A DNA stretch of 64,000 bases from Macrostomum lignano (taxonomy: Eukaryota), in the NCBI GenBank assembly GCA_002269645.1, contig NIVC01001830.1, forward strand, positions 169,064 to 233,063. Reading direction: 5' to 3'. Shown here in pieces: positions 38,595 through 50,656 of this stretch. A model generated the notes under the pieces. The model searched no databases. It worked only from the letters and a program-made list of their open reading frames with translations, and was not told the origin of the DNA. A program made the position numbers and the translations under genes. Positions within the stretch are counted from its first letter, which is position 1; each line of letters begins with the position of its first letter.

Positions 38595-39240
38595 TGTCTT
38601 CAAAGCTCCCAAAATAGGTTCTTCAAAGCTCCCAAAAAGGTTATTCAAAGCTCCCAAAATCGGGTCTTTAAAGTCCCCAAAATCAGGTCTTCGAAATTCC
38701 CAAAAATCGGGTCTTCAAAGTCCCCAAAATCAGGTCTTCGAAATTCCCAAAAATCGGGTCTTCAAAGTTCCCAAAAATCTGGTCTTCAAAGTTCCCCAAA
38801 ATTGGTTCTTCAAAGTTCCCAAAAATCGGGTCTTCAAAGTTCCCAAAAATCGGGTCTTCAAAGTTCCCAAAAATTGGTTCTTCAAAGTTCCCAAAAATTG
38901 GTTCTTCAAAGTTCCCAAAATTGGTTCTTCAAAGGGTCTTCAAAGTTCCCAAAAATCGGGTCTTCAAAGTTCCCAAAAAATCGGGTCTTCAAAGTTCCCA
39001 AAAAAGGTCTTCAAAGTTCCCAAAAAAGGGTCTTCAAAGTTCCCAAAATCGGGTCTTCAAAGTTCCCAAAAATCGGGTCTTCAAAGCTCCCAAAATTGGG
39101 TCTTCAAAGTTCCCAAAATCGGGTCTTCAAAGCTCCCAAAAATCGGGTCTTCAAAGCTCCCAAAAATCGGGTCTTCAAAGTTCCCAAAAATCAGGTCTTA
39201 AAAATCCCAAAGTCGGGTCTTCAAAGCTCCCAAGATCGGG
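38595..39240. repeat. 22-24-bp minisatellite in AdipoR intron 2 (GGGTCTTCAAAGTTCCCAAAAATC)
   Basis: Tandem periodicity. Confidence 0.93.
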
Positions 39241-39286
39241 TTTTAACCTTATCTAACCTGGGAAACTTCGCATTTCACAACCGCAG

Positions 39287-39467
39287 GCTGCATCGCGTTC
39301 TCCGGCATAGCCGTGTACTTTCTCACTCGGCCGTCTATTGAGGTCCAATGGCAGGAGAAGGTCGTCTTTGCCGCCTTCTTTCTTGGCGCCGTACTATGCA
39401 TGGGATTCTCATTCATCTTTCACACCGTTTATTGCCATTCCGAGCGAGTTGGCCGCCTGTTTAACAA
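39287..39467 (+). CDS. AdipoR: AdipoR exon 3 (GCIAFSG...EKVVFAAFFLGAVLCMGFSFIFHTVYCHSERVGRLFNK)
   Basis: Transmembrane helices with SxxxHT zinc-site residues; phase 1/2 splice sites. Confidence 0.95.
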
Positions 39468-39544
39468 GTGAGTTTGTATTGTCTGTTTTGGTGTATTTGT
39501 GGAGGTTCTGAGTTCGAATACCTTCCGAGCTTTTGTTTAACTTT

Positions 39545-40020
39545 AAGTTGGCGCTAAGTTGGCGCTAGAATCCTGTTTGTGGCGCTAAGTTGGCGCTAGA
39601 ATCCTGTCTGTGGCGCTAAGTTGGCACTAGAATCCTGTCTGTGGCGCTAAGTTGGCGCTAGAATCCTGTCTGTGGCGCTAAGTTGGCGCTAGAATCCTGT
39701 CTGTGGCGCTAAGTTGGCGCTAGAATCCTGTCTGTGGCGCTAAGTTGGCGCTAGAATCCTGTCTGTGGCGCTAAGTTGGCGCTAGAATCCTGTTGTGGCG
39801 CTAAGTTGGCGCTAGAATCCTGTCTGGTTGCTAGAAAAGTTGGCGCTAGAATCCTGTCTGTGGCGCTAAGTTGGCGCTAGAATCCTGTCTGTGGCGCTAA
39901 GTTGGCGCTAGAATCCTGTCTGTGGCGCTAAGTTGGCGCTAGAATCCTGTCTGTGGCGCTAAGTTGGCGCTAGAATCCTGTCTGTGGCGCTAAGTTGGCG
40001 CTAGAATCAAGTTGGCGCTA
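39545..40020. repeat. 31-bp minisatellite in AdipoR intron 3 (GTGGCGCTAAGTTGGCGCTAGAATCCTGTCT)
   Basis: Period of 31 measured. Confidence 0.95.
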
Positions 40021-40265
40021 TTGTAAGAAAGTGTTTTTTATATTCTAGAATTCATCAAGGTCCTGAGTTCGAACCAGCACATTGTAGAAAGTGTTTTTTA
40101 TATAAAATCTAATCAGTAGGGGGCTTACAATCAACCAGCAACGTCCCGGGTTCGAATCCAACAGTTTGTTTAGTTGATAAGAGGAGCGACAGAAAAAATA
40201 TTACGGAAATGTACGAAATCTACTATAAGTAGTCTCATATGTAAATTTTTAATTTCAAATTGCAG

Positions 40266-40647
40266 ACTGGACTACTGCGGAATTGCTCTGCTGACTATGG
40301 GAAGCTTCGTGCCCTGGCTATACTATTCATTCTATTGCCAGTTGTCGCCTAAGATCATCTACCTAAGCCTGATTAGCGTGCTCGGCACCACGGCTATTGT
40401 GGTGTCAATGTTTGACAAGTTCGCGGCACCGCAGTACAGGCCGCTCAGGGCTGGCGTGTTTATCGCTCTGGGCTTGTCTGGCGTGATCCCCGCACTGCAC
40501 TACGTTATCCTGGAGGGATTTTATAGCGCTATTTATCACGCCTCTATGGGCTGGTTGGTGTTGATGGCGCTGCTGTATATTACAGGGGCTGTAATCTACG
40601 CTGTGCGCTTTCCGGAGCGCCTGTTTCCCGGGAAATTCGATCTCTGG
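40266..40647 (+). CDS. AdipoR: AdipoR exon 4 (LDYCGIALLTMGSFVPWLYYSFYC...PERLFPGKFDLW)
   Basis: Conserved LDY.GIA and PER.FPGKFD.W motifs; AATTGCAG| and |GTGAGT. Confidence 0.95.
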
Positions 40648-40659
40648 GTGAGTTGGGAT

Positions 40660-40887
40660 TTGGGAAATGCCAGTCAGTGTCTATTGTAAATACCAGTCAG
40701 TGTCTATGGGAAATGCCAGTCAGTGTCTATGGGAAATGCCAGTCAGTGTCTATGGGAAATGCCAGTCAGTGTCTATGGGAAATGCCAGTCAGTGTCTATT
40801 GGAAATGCCAGTCAGTGTCTATGGGAAATGCCAGTCAGTGTCTATGGGAAATGCCAGTCAGTGTCTATGGGAAATGCCAGTCAGTGT
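40660..40887. repeat. 23-bp minisatellite in AdipoR intron 4 (GGGAAATGCCAGTCAGTGTCTAT)
   Basis: Period of 23 measured. Confidence 0.95.
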
Positions 40888-40924
40888 TTTATATTACAAC
40901 GTCCCCTCTCTCCGTGAATTTCAG

Positions 40925-41038
40925 TTTCAAAGCCACCAGATATTCCACGTATTTGTGGTGGCGGCCGCATTCGTTCATTTTCACGGCATCTCAGAGATTG
41001 CCAACTACAGACTGACTGCTGGCGACTGCATCGCTTGA
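40925..41038 (+). CDS. AdipoR: AdipoR last exon (FQSHQIFHVFVVAAAFVHFHG...CIA*)
   Basis: SHQIFH zinc-ligand motif; the spliced CDS is 1332 nt, 443 aa. Confidence 0.95.
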   Translation, partial: FQSHQIFHVFVVAAAFVHFHGISEIANYRLTAGDCIA

Positions 41039-41683
41039 GCGGCCTGGGACAATGACTAATTTACTTCGAATGGAACAATATATATTCTTAACTGATTGAA
41101 TATTTTTCCAGCTTTCAACAAGCGCGCTCCCCTCTACCCTAACGACGACTGCACAGTTTACCGAAAAGCCTCCCGAACTTTGAGATGTGTTAATTACACT
41201 GTGTAGGGGTTTTTTTTCTAATTTTTATCTATTACTGAAAATTAATTGCAACTAAACCTATAAATACTACTGATTAAAACAATTGATTCTGTTGTGAGTA
41301 GTGCAATAGGTTCTGAGTCTCTTGCCGCTTTTCAGCTAAGAAAAAGCGTGTAATAATTTTAGCGTAAGGTTATTGTTTTTTGCTGTTATTATTGTCCATC
41401 TCTGCTTTGTGTATTTCAATACAGTTCTGCAGATTTCTTTATGCTTTATTCTAATAATTAGTTATTGCACGGTTTTGTTTGTCTTGTACATTGTTTTCCT
41501 TGTCAGTTATATCTTACAGTCTCGATATGAATCGGATGGGTAGAAATCCTAAATTTTGTTACTTAATATTCGGAACAAAACTTTTTGTGCAAAAAGTTAA
41601 TAAATGTTGAAAATCAGTTTAAACTGCTGTGCGTTTATTAACCTCTGCACCTTTTCTGACGGGGTTTGCTTATTGATTTCTGC

Positions 41684-43068
41684 CAGGTGGATTGCTAATC
41701 TAGACACTGGTGTCATCAGGCTGAGGGATTAACAGGTGGATTGCTAATCTAGACACTAGTGTCATCAGGCTGAGGGATTAACAGGTGGATTGCTAATCTA
41801 GACACTGGTGTCATCAGGCTGAGGGATTAACAGGTGGATTGCTAATCTAGACACTAGTGTCATCAGGCTGAGGGATTAACAGGTGGATTGCTAATCTAGA
41901 CACTGGTGTCATCAGGCTGAGGGATTAACAGGTGGATTGCTAATCTAGACACTGGTGTCATCAGGCTGAGGGATTAACAGGTGGATTGCTAATCTAGACA
42001 CTGGTGTCATCAGGCTGAGGGATTAACAGGTGGATTGCTAATCTAGACACTGGTGTCATCAGGCTGAGGGATTAACAGGTGGATTGCTAATCTAGACACT
42101 GGTGTCATCAGGCTGAGGGATTAACAGGTGGATTGCTAATCTAGACACTGGTGTCATCAGGCTGAGGGATTAACAGGTGGATTGCTAATCTAGACACTGG
42201 TGTCATCAGGCTGAGGGATTAACAGGTGGATTGCTAATCTAGACACTGGTGTCATCAGGCTGGGGGATAACAGGTGGATTGCTAATCTAGACACTGGTGT
42301 CATCATGCTGGGGGATTAACAGGTGGATTGCTAATCTAGACACTGGTGTCATCAGGCTGAGGGATTAACAGGTGGATTGCTAATCTAGACACTGGTGTCA
42401 TCAGGCTGAGGGATTAACAGGTGGATTGCTAATCTAGACACTGGTGTCATCAGGCTGAGGGATTAACAGGTGGATTGCTAATCTAGACACTGGTGTCATC
42501 AGGCTGGGGGATAACAGGTGGATTGCTAATCTAGACACTGGTGTCATCAGGCTGGGGGATAACAGGTGGATTGCTAATCTAGACACTGGTGTCATCATGC
42601 TGGGGATTAACAGGTGGATTGCTAATCTAGACACTGGTGTCATCAGGCTGAGGGATTAACAGGTGGATTGCTAATCTAGACACTGGTGTCATCAGGCTGA
42701 GGGATTAACAGGTGGATTGCTAATCTAGACACTGGTGTCATCAGGCTGAGGGATTAACAGGTGGATTGCTAATCTAGACACTGGTGTCATCATGCTGGGG
42801 ATTAACAGGTGGATTGCTAATCTAGACACTGGTGTCATCAGGCTGAGGGATTAACAGGTGGATTGCTAATCTAGACACTGGTGTCATCAGGCTGAGGGAT
42901 TAACAGGTGGATTGCTAATCTAGACACTGGTGTCATCAGGCTGAGGGATTAACAGGTGGATTGCTAATCTAGACACTGGTGTCATCAGGCTGAGGGATTA
43001 ACAGGTGGATTGCTAATCTAGACACTGGTGTCATCAGGCTGAGGGATTAACAGGTGGATTGCTAATCT
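41684..43068. repeat. 49-bp minisatellite, ~28 copies
   Basis: CAGGTGGATTGCTAATCTAGACACTGGTGTCATCAGGCTGAGGGATTAA; period of 49 measured. Confidence 0.97.
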
Positions 43069-43532
43069 AATAATTGAAATGGAATATTGTATATCGAATG
43101 TCAAATTTAATATCTGAGTCGGATTTTTTCACTACTCGAGTCTCTAGTTTATTTTTTTTAATTCTAAACCGCTGCACTTTTTAATGTACTTTTGACACCG
43201 CGGTTTAATGCTTAATTATTTGCTTAATAATCTTAGAAAGGATATTTAGCAGATAGATTTAACTATAATAACTGCGCACATTTATGAGAGCACATTATTA
43301 TTTGTGTTATTCGTCATTTCTTAATAAGGAACTCTGTCAACTTGCGGCAAATACACTTTGGATTGTAATAATTATTTTAATAACCGGCTGGAGGTAGAGT
43401 TTATCTTGAAGCCACTTTTAACACCGGGCTGACACTTTCGAGTTGAAAATTCTGTTTTAATTTTAACCAATTTTTGTCCTTTGATGATTGAGTTGGGACT
43501 TTGATCTAAATTGTCCGCGAAACTGGCGCTAT

Positions 43533-44305
43533 AATCGCCCTAAAACTACCACTGAAAAATCACCCTAAATCTACCACTGAAAAATCGCCCTAAATCTACC
43601 ACTGAAAAATCGCCCTAAATCAACCACTGAAAAATCGCCCTAAATCTACCACTGAAAAATCGCCCTAAAACTACCACTGAAAAATCGCCCTAAAACTACC
43701 ACTGAAAAATCGCCCTAAATCTACCACTAAAAAATCGCCCTAAAACTACCACTGAAAAATCGCCCTAAATCTACCACTAGAAAATCGCCCTAAAACTACC
43801 ACTGAAAAATCGCCCTAAATCTACCACTAGAAAATCGCCCTAAAACTACCACTGAAAAATCGCCCTAAAACTACCACTGAAAAATCGCCCTAAAACTACC
43901 ACTGAAAAATCGCCCTAAAACTACCACTGAAAAATCGCCCTAAAACTACCACTGAAAAATCGCCCTAAAACTACCACTGAAAAATCGCCCTAAATCTACC
44001 ACTGAAAAATCGCCCTAAATCTACCACTAAAAAATCGCCCTAAAACTACCACTGAAAAATCGCCCTAAATCTACCACTAGAAAATCGCCCTAAAACTACC
44101 ACTGAAAAATCGCCCTAAATCTACCACTAGAAAATCGCCCTAAAACTACCACTGAAAAATCGCCCTAAAACTACCACTGAAAAATCGCCCTAAAACTACC
44201 ACTGAAAAATCGCCCTAAAACTACCACTGAAAAATCGCCCTAAAACTGCTGCTGAAATATCGCTACCACTAACTGCCACTAAAAATCGCCCTAAAACTAC
44301 CGCTG
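43533..44305. repeat. 25-bp minisatellite (GAAAAATCGCCCTAAAACTACCACT)
   Basis: Period of 25 measured. Confidence 0.95.
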
Positions 44306-44749
44306 AAAGTGAGAAACTCACTTTTGGACTCTCGTGTAACAGCTCACAGACTTTATCTAACAGTTCACTTTAAGGCTCATTCCGTCAAAGATTTATTTTT
44401 AATCTCTGACCTATATTTATACTTTATAACTTCTTGCCAACCGTTAAAAGTTCTCAACCACCCTTTCTTCGGACTCCGCTATCGGAATCCTCGTTTCCTA
44501 TTCTGAATCTATTTTTATTCCTTCTCCATGTGAGTGGCACAGCGAGTGCTCAGCAGGTGCTGCAAGCATCGTCTTTTCATCCCGGTTCGCCCCCTCACAT
44601 TTTAACATTTGTGAGTACAAGCTCAAGGTTCTTTAGTGAGGTGTAGTGAGATAGATGTGAGATAGAGAGATAGATGTGAGATAGATTGAGATAGATATTG
44701 TGATGAGAGTCAGCTGTAATTTTAAACATTAAAAGCATTGGAGTTCCTT

Positions 44750-45600
44750 GTACAGCATTTTAGTTAATAGTACAGCATTATAGTTTATAGTACAGCATTG
44801 TAGTATTTTTTAGTACAGCACTGTAGTTTATAGTACAGCATTGTAGTATTTTTTAGTACAGCATTGTAGTTTATAGTACAGCATTGTAGTATTTTTTTAG
44901 TACAGCATTGTAGTTTATAGTACAGCATTGTAGTTTATAGTACAGCATTGTAGTTTATAGTACAGCATTGTAGTATTTTTTAGTACAGCATTGTAGTTTA
45001 TAGTACAGCATTGTAGTATTTTTTAGTACAGCATTGTAGTTTTTAGTGCAGCATTGTAGTTTCTTGTACAGCATTGTCGTTTCTTGTACATGGTTTGAAA
45101 TCCTTGTACAGGATCGGAGTTCCTTGTACAGCATTTTAGTTTCTTGTACATGGTTTGAGATCCTTGTACAGGATCGGAGTTCCTTGTACAGCATTGTATT
45201 TTCTTGTACAGGGTTGGAGTTCCTTGTACAGCATTGTATTTTCTTGTACAGGGTTGGAGTCCCTTGGACAGCATTGTAGTTTCTTGTACATTGTTGGAGA
45301 TCCTTGTACAGGATCGGAGTTCCTTGTACAGCATTGCATTTTCTTGTACAGGGTTGGAGTTCCTTGTACAGCATTGTAGTTTCTTGTACAGCATTGTAGT
45401 TTATTGTACAGCATTGTAGTTTCTTGTACATTGTTGGAGATCCTTGTACAGGATCGGAGTTCCTTGGACAGCATTATAATTTTCTTGTACAGGGTTGGAG
45501 TCTCTTGGACAGCATTGTAGTTTCTTGTACAGGATTGGAGTTCCTTTTACAGGATTGGAGCTGTCTGTACAGGTTTGGAGTTGCTTGTAGAGCTTGCAAA
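44750..45600. repeat. 19-20-bp GTACAG-core minisatellite whose unit changes along the array
   Basis: GTACAGCATTGTAGTTTATA grades into TTGTACAGGGTTGGAGTTCC. Confidence 0.9.
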
Positions 45601-46199
45601 ACTGTACATGTAGAAAATATTCGTCTCTAATTTTCATTGAGTACCGATTTTTTTAATTCAGCTTTGAGTACCTTGTACAGAATTGGTCATGAAGTTTCTA
45701 ACGGGGATTTTTAAAGAATATCAACAGACGATCTAATGTCCTCCGAGGTTGATTATTTATGCAAGTGCAAGATGTACTTTCTGGTATTCGAAGAGAGCAA
45801 GCAGCTCTTAAAGTTGCTCTGTTTTGGAAAGCGATTTCAGATGAAATTTCATCCAGCTCGATTTCCCAGAGCCCATGGGAAACCTTCGGGCTGGATAAGT
45901 GTATTAGTAAGGTAAAATACTCCGACAGATTGTGGCTTGGGAGAAAATTGAACAAGCTTAGCCGATCCCATTTTGTATCAGTCTGTCAGCCTGTCTTATC
46001 TGTAGCCATTCACTCGCTAATGGACTTGATTGAGACCCCTGGGAGACGAAGAGAGTGAGACTGCCATGCTCCGATGTTCGTTCGGTCACCGCGGTGGATT
46101 CTGGGAAGATAATAAACTTAACGGGGGATGTGAAAGGAATGAACATCGGAGAGGTTTGGGTTAAAGAGATGAGAGAGATTGGATGGTGACAGCGAGATA

Positions 46200-47620
46200 G
46201 GAGTGAGACAGTGGGGGTGAGACAGATTGGGGTGAGACAGATTGGGGTGAGACAGATTGGGGTGAGACAGATTGGGGTGAGACAGATTGGGGTGAGACAG
46301 ATTGGGGTGAGACAGATTGGGTGAGACAGATTGGGGTGAGACAGATTGGGTGAGACAGATTGGGGTGAGACAGATTGGGGTGAGACAGATTGGGTGAGAC
46401 AGATTGGGTGAGACCGTGAGACAGATTGGGGTGAGACAGATTGGGTGAGACAGATTGGGGTGAGATAGGTTGGGTGAGACAGATTGGGTGAGACAGATTG
46501 GGTGAGACAGATTGGGTGAGACAGATTGGGTGAGACAGATTAGGTGAGACAGATTGGGGTGGGGTGAGACAGTTGGGGTGAGACAGTGGGGGTGAGAAAG
46601 TTGAGGTGAAACAGTTGGGGTGAGACAGTGGGGGTGAGACAGATTGGGTGAGACAGATTGGGTGAGACAGATTGGGATGAGACAGATTGGGTGAGACAGA
46701 TTGGGTGAGACAGATTGGGATGAGAGAGATTGGGTGAGACAGTTGGGGTGAGACAGTGGGGGTGAGAGAGATTGGGATGAGACAGATTGGGTGAGACAGA
46801 TTGGGTGAGAGAGATTGGGATGAGAGAGATTGGGTGAGACAGTTGGGGTGAGACAGTGAGGGTGAGAGAGATTGGGATGAGACAGATTGGGTGAGACAGA
46901 TTGGGTGAGACAGATTGGGATGAGAGAGATTGGGTGAGACAGTTGGGGTGAGACAGTGGGGGTGAGAGAGATTGGGATGAGACAGATTGGGTGAGACAGA
47001 TTGGGTGAGACAGATTGGGTGAGACAGATTGGGTGAGACAGATTGGGTGAGACAGATTGGGTGAGAGAGATTGGGATGAGACAGATTGGGTGAGACAGAT
47101 TGGGTGAGACAGATTGGGTGAGACAGATTGGGTGAGACAGATTGGGTGAGACAGATTGGGATGAGACAGATTGGGTGAGACAGATTGGGTGAGACAGATT
47201 GGTTGAGACAGATTGGGGTGAGAGAGATTGGGATGAGAGAGATTGGGTGAGACAGTTGGGGTGAGACAGTGGGGGTGAGAGAGATTGGGATGAGACAGAT
47301 TGGGTGAGACAGATTGGGTGAGACAGATTGGGTGAGACAGATTGGGATGAGACAGATTGGGTGAGACAGATTGGGTGAGACAGATTGGTTGAGACAGATT
47401 GGGGTGAGAGAGATTGGGTGAGACAGTTGGGGTGAGACAGTGGGGGTGAGACAGATTGGGTGAGACAGATTGGGTGAGACAGATTGGGGTGAGAGAGATT
47501 GGGATGAGAGAGATTGGGTGAGACAGTTGGGGTGAGACAGTGGGGGTTAGGCAGTGGGGGTGAGACAGTGGGGTGAGGCAGTGGGGTGAGACAGTTGGGT
47601 TGAGACAGTGGGGGTGAGAC
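46200..47620. repeat. 14-15-bp G-rich minisatellite (GGGTGAGACAGATT)
   Basis: Tandem periodicity. Confidence 0.95.
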
Positions 47621-47924
47621 AGAGGGATATTTTGGAGCGCACGTTCGGCTTGCCTGGTGGGCCGCAGTTGTCGAGTAGAGCTCAGAGAATGTCGCAACCG
47701 CCAGAATCCGGAACGGAGCGAAGATTCGCACGCACGATTTGACACCATAATTAAAGCATTTTCTAACTGACTCAGAAGCTACCGCTGCCCCGCATTATTG
47801 ATTCATAATTCATCATTTCTTGCCACACTCCACTTGACACTTTGGACTGAGCCGGTTGTGGCAGCAGCAAAATGATGGGATTGAGCGGCTGTGCAGACTC
47901 TGTGATCCATTTGCCACCTATCCA

Positions 47925-48365
47925 GCCACACATTTATCCAGCCACACATTTATCCAGCCACACATCTATCCATCAACCCTACCACGCATCTATCCAGCCA
48001 CACATCTATCCATCAACCCTACCACGCATCTATCCAGCCACACATCTATCCAGCCACACATTTATCCAGCCACACATCTATCCAGCCACACATTTATCCA
48101 GCCACACATCTATCCATCAACCCACCCACGCATCTATCCAGCCACACATCTATCCATCAACCCTACCACGCATCTATCCAGCCACACATCTATCCACCCA
48201 CACGTCTATCCGTCCACCCACACATCCATCCACATACACATCCATCAACCCACACATCCATCCACATACACATCCATCAACCCACACACCATCCACCCAC
48301 ACATCCATCAACCCACACATCCATCAACCCACACATCCACCACCCACACATCCATCTATCCATCC
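47925..48365. repeat. C/A-rich minisatellite (ATCTATCCAGCCACAC and derivatives)
   Basis: Tandem periodicity. Confidence 0.88.
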
Positions 48366-48559
48366 AAATCTATCTAATCAAAATCTTTCCCAAAAGAGTG
48401 AAAAATTGAACTCCGTCAGCTGAGCGTCGCTCATTTGCTTGATTAAAAGATGCTTATTCAAGTTTGTCCTCTCGCTTCAGAGCATCAGCAAGTCTGCCTG
48501 CTCAAAATGGCGTGTGTCTTGCCGTGGCGCCACACTCAGGCGCCATGCGATGCTCTGCT

Positions 48560-49606
48560 TCAGGCCATTTTCTCGACCAGCCAGCCCAGAAGGATCCGCG
48601 CCACCGCGGCCGAGTGGCCCCAGTGCACCCGGGCGCCCGTGTCGCTGGCGCGGTGCCATACCCTCGGGAACGGAGTCGGCACCAGGTGCAGCGTCGGCAC
48701 GCCTAGTCGACGAAACGGCGCATGATCGTCGTCGACGGTGTCGACAGTCGGCCACCGGAAGTTATCGGCGAAACGGAAGAAAGCGGCAGACGCCTCCGGA
48801 AGCAGGCCGGCCGAACGGAGCCGTGTCTCCATGGCAACCAGGCGGTCAAAGTCGGCTAGCTCGACGTCGGCAAGTCGACGACGCTCTTGAAGGCTCGGCG
48901 GGCCGACCGCCGGCTCTGCGTAGACAAAGCGAGGCGACTCGGCGCCGATGAGGTCGAGCAGCACCAACTCGGACAGCTCGGCCGACAGTCGAGCTGCCAG
49001 GTGCCGGGAGCCGTACAGCGAGTCCTCGGCCGACCACTGGCCGCTCAGCGACTCCTCACCGTCGAAGAACACCAGGCGGACATCCCAGCGGCTGCCATCC
49101 GAAGCAGCCACGGAGTTCAACGCCTCGGCGAGCAGCAGCAGCATGGCGCAGGGCACGGCCGAGTCAGTGGCACGAACAAAGTCGGGCGAAACCGTCGCCG
49201 CGGTGTCGAAGTGCGCGGCCAGGGCGAGGACCTTCGGCTTCAACGACGAGTTCTTTGCCGCCCGGCGGCTGGCCACCAGATTGACGAACTGGCGCGGGCC
49301 GACCGGCGTGTCGGCCCAGAATCGATCCTCGGCCACTGTCCAGCCGAGGTGACCGGTCAGAAACTCGGACAGTGCGGCTCGGACAGCAGAGTGTCCGGCT
49401 GATCCAACCGGACGCGGCCGGAGCAGCGGGCCGGCCAGCTGGCGCAACCGCTCTGCTCGAGTAGCATTCACCAGCAGAGGCAGGTGTGACTCGGACAGCG
49501 TCCGAGACGTGTCCGGACTAGCTGCGGCCGTTGTTCTGAGTAGGAGCAGCAGCAGTAGCAACGGCAGCAGGACGGTCCCAATGACTTCAGGCAGGCCTGC
49601 GCGCAT
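48560..49606 (-). CDS. QPCT: Glutaminyl-peptide cyclotransferase (QC, M28-like fold), intronless, with signal peptide
   Basis: Motifs AHFDT, ATDSAVPCA, FFDGEE, DSLYGSRHLA, LLDLIG, DDH.PF and LHL..PFP.VWH; the Asp/Glu/His zinc ligands are intact; hydrophobic N-terminus LLPLLLLLLLL. Confidence 0.95.
   Translation of the reverse strand: MRAGLPEVIGTVLLPLLLLLLLLRTTAAASPDTSRTLSESHLPLLVNATRAERLRQLAGPLLRPRPVGSAGHSAVRAALSEFLTGHLGWTVAEDRFWADTPVGPRQFVNLVASRRAAKNSSLKPKVLALAAHFDTAATVSPDFVRATDSAVPCAMLLLLAEALNSVAASDGSRWDVRLVFFDGEESLSGQWSAEDSLYGSRHLAARLSAELSELVLLDLIGAESPRFVYAEPAVGPPSLQERRRLADVELADFDRLVAMETRLRSAGLLPEASAAFFRFADNFRWPTVDTVDDDHAPFRRLGVPTLHLVPTPFPRVWHRASDTGARVHWGHSAAVARILLGWLVEKMA
48825..48838. 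promoter_or_regulatory. RFX X-box-like motif GTCTCCATGGCAAC inside the QPCT CDS
   Basis: Fits the consensus; may be coincidental within coding sequence. Confidence 0.25.
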
Positions 49607-50199
49607 TGCGGGGCCTGTGGAGCTGGAGAATTTTGCTGATTTAAAGCGACTGACTGTTTGAATTCAAGTCGCCTTTGAGTCAGAGAGCTGCGAGTACATA
49701 ATGAGGCTGAAATTGCCTGCTTTTGTGCATCGAAGCTGCTGATGAATAGGAAGGCCAGGCCTGATTGGCTGCAGCAGGAACGAACTCGTCAATCGATCCA
49801 ATCGACTTCTTTTTCCTCGGGTTTCTGCCTGTCCTAGTTGTTCCTCCTGCGGAGAGCCGCAGACAGTGCGAGAAGAACAGGAAGGGCGTAAGGACAAACT
49901 GGGAAATTTATTGTTTGCGGAGAGCAGGAGAAACTGGATCTCGAGGATGAGGCAGCCTGCTGTTGCGATGCCTTATCTGTGCAGAATCCAAAATTTTGCT
50001 ACATATTGAGCTGAGATGGGGCTTGGATAGTGATGGGTTATTGCGTGTCTTCTGTTTGTCGACGTGTAAAAAAGTACCAAAATCTGTGACTACTGACTGA
50101 ATATGCTTTTGAGCATGATTTTGGATTTTGATTTTTTTCTAGACAAAAAGAGATGGGAAATATAAAGTAGAGATAGGGGACGGAAGGAAGATGCAAGGA

Positions 50200-50656
50200 G
50201 AATGAGAGAGAGAGGGGAAAACTGTGAGAGAAAGAGGGTAGAGAGGAGAGGAGATGAGGGAGAGGGGAGAGGGAGATGAGAGAGAGAGGAGAGAGAGGGA
50301 GAGGAGAGAGGGAGAAGAGAGAGGGAGAAGGGAGAGGGAGAGGAGAGAGGGAGAGGAGAGAGGAGAGGGAGGGGAGAGAGGGAAAGGAGAGAGGGAGAGG
50401 AGAGAGGGAGAAGGGAGAGGGAGAAGGGAGAGGGAGAAGGGAGAGGGAGAAGGGAGAGGGAGAAGGGAGAGGGAAAAGGGAGAGGGAGAGGAGAGAGGGA
50501 GAGGAGAGAGGGAGAGGAGAGAGGGAGAGGAGAGAGGGAGAGGGAGAGGAGAGAGGGAGAGGAGAGAGGGAGAGGGGAGAGGGAGAGGGGAGAGGGAGAG
50601 GGAGAGGAGAGAGGGAGAGGAGAGAGGGGGAGAGAGGGAGAGGAGAGAGGGAGAAG
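50200..50656. repeat. Polypurine (GGGAGA/GGAGA)n tract
   Basis: Near-pure A/G on the + strand. Confidence 0.95.

Noticed and set aside
43533-44305. CCCTAAA plant-type telomere motif in the 25-bp repeat
   Set aside because: It occurs once per unit within a longer minisatellite, never as a tandem heptamer.
45855-45885. Minus-strand PMGSGKSS Walker-A-like peptide
   Set aside because: It lacks the first Gly of GxxxxGKS and the frame closes within ~15 codons.
48439-49402. Plus-strand ORFs overlapping QPCT
   Set aside because: They are antisense shadows of a GC-rich CDS with no independent signal.
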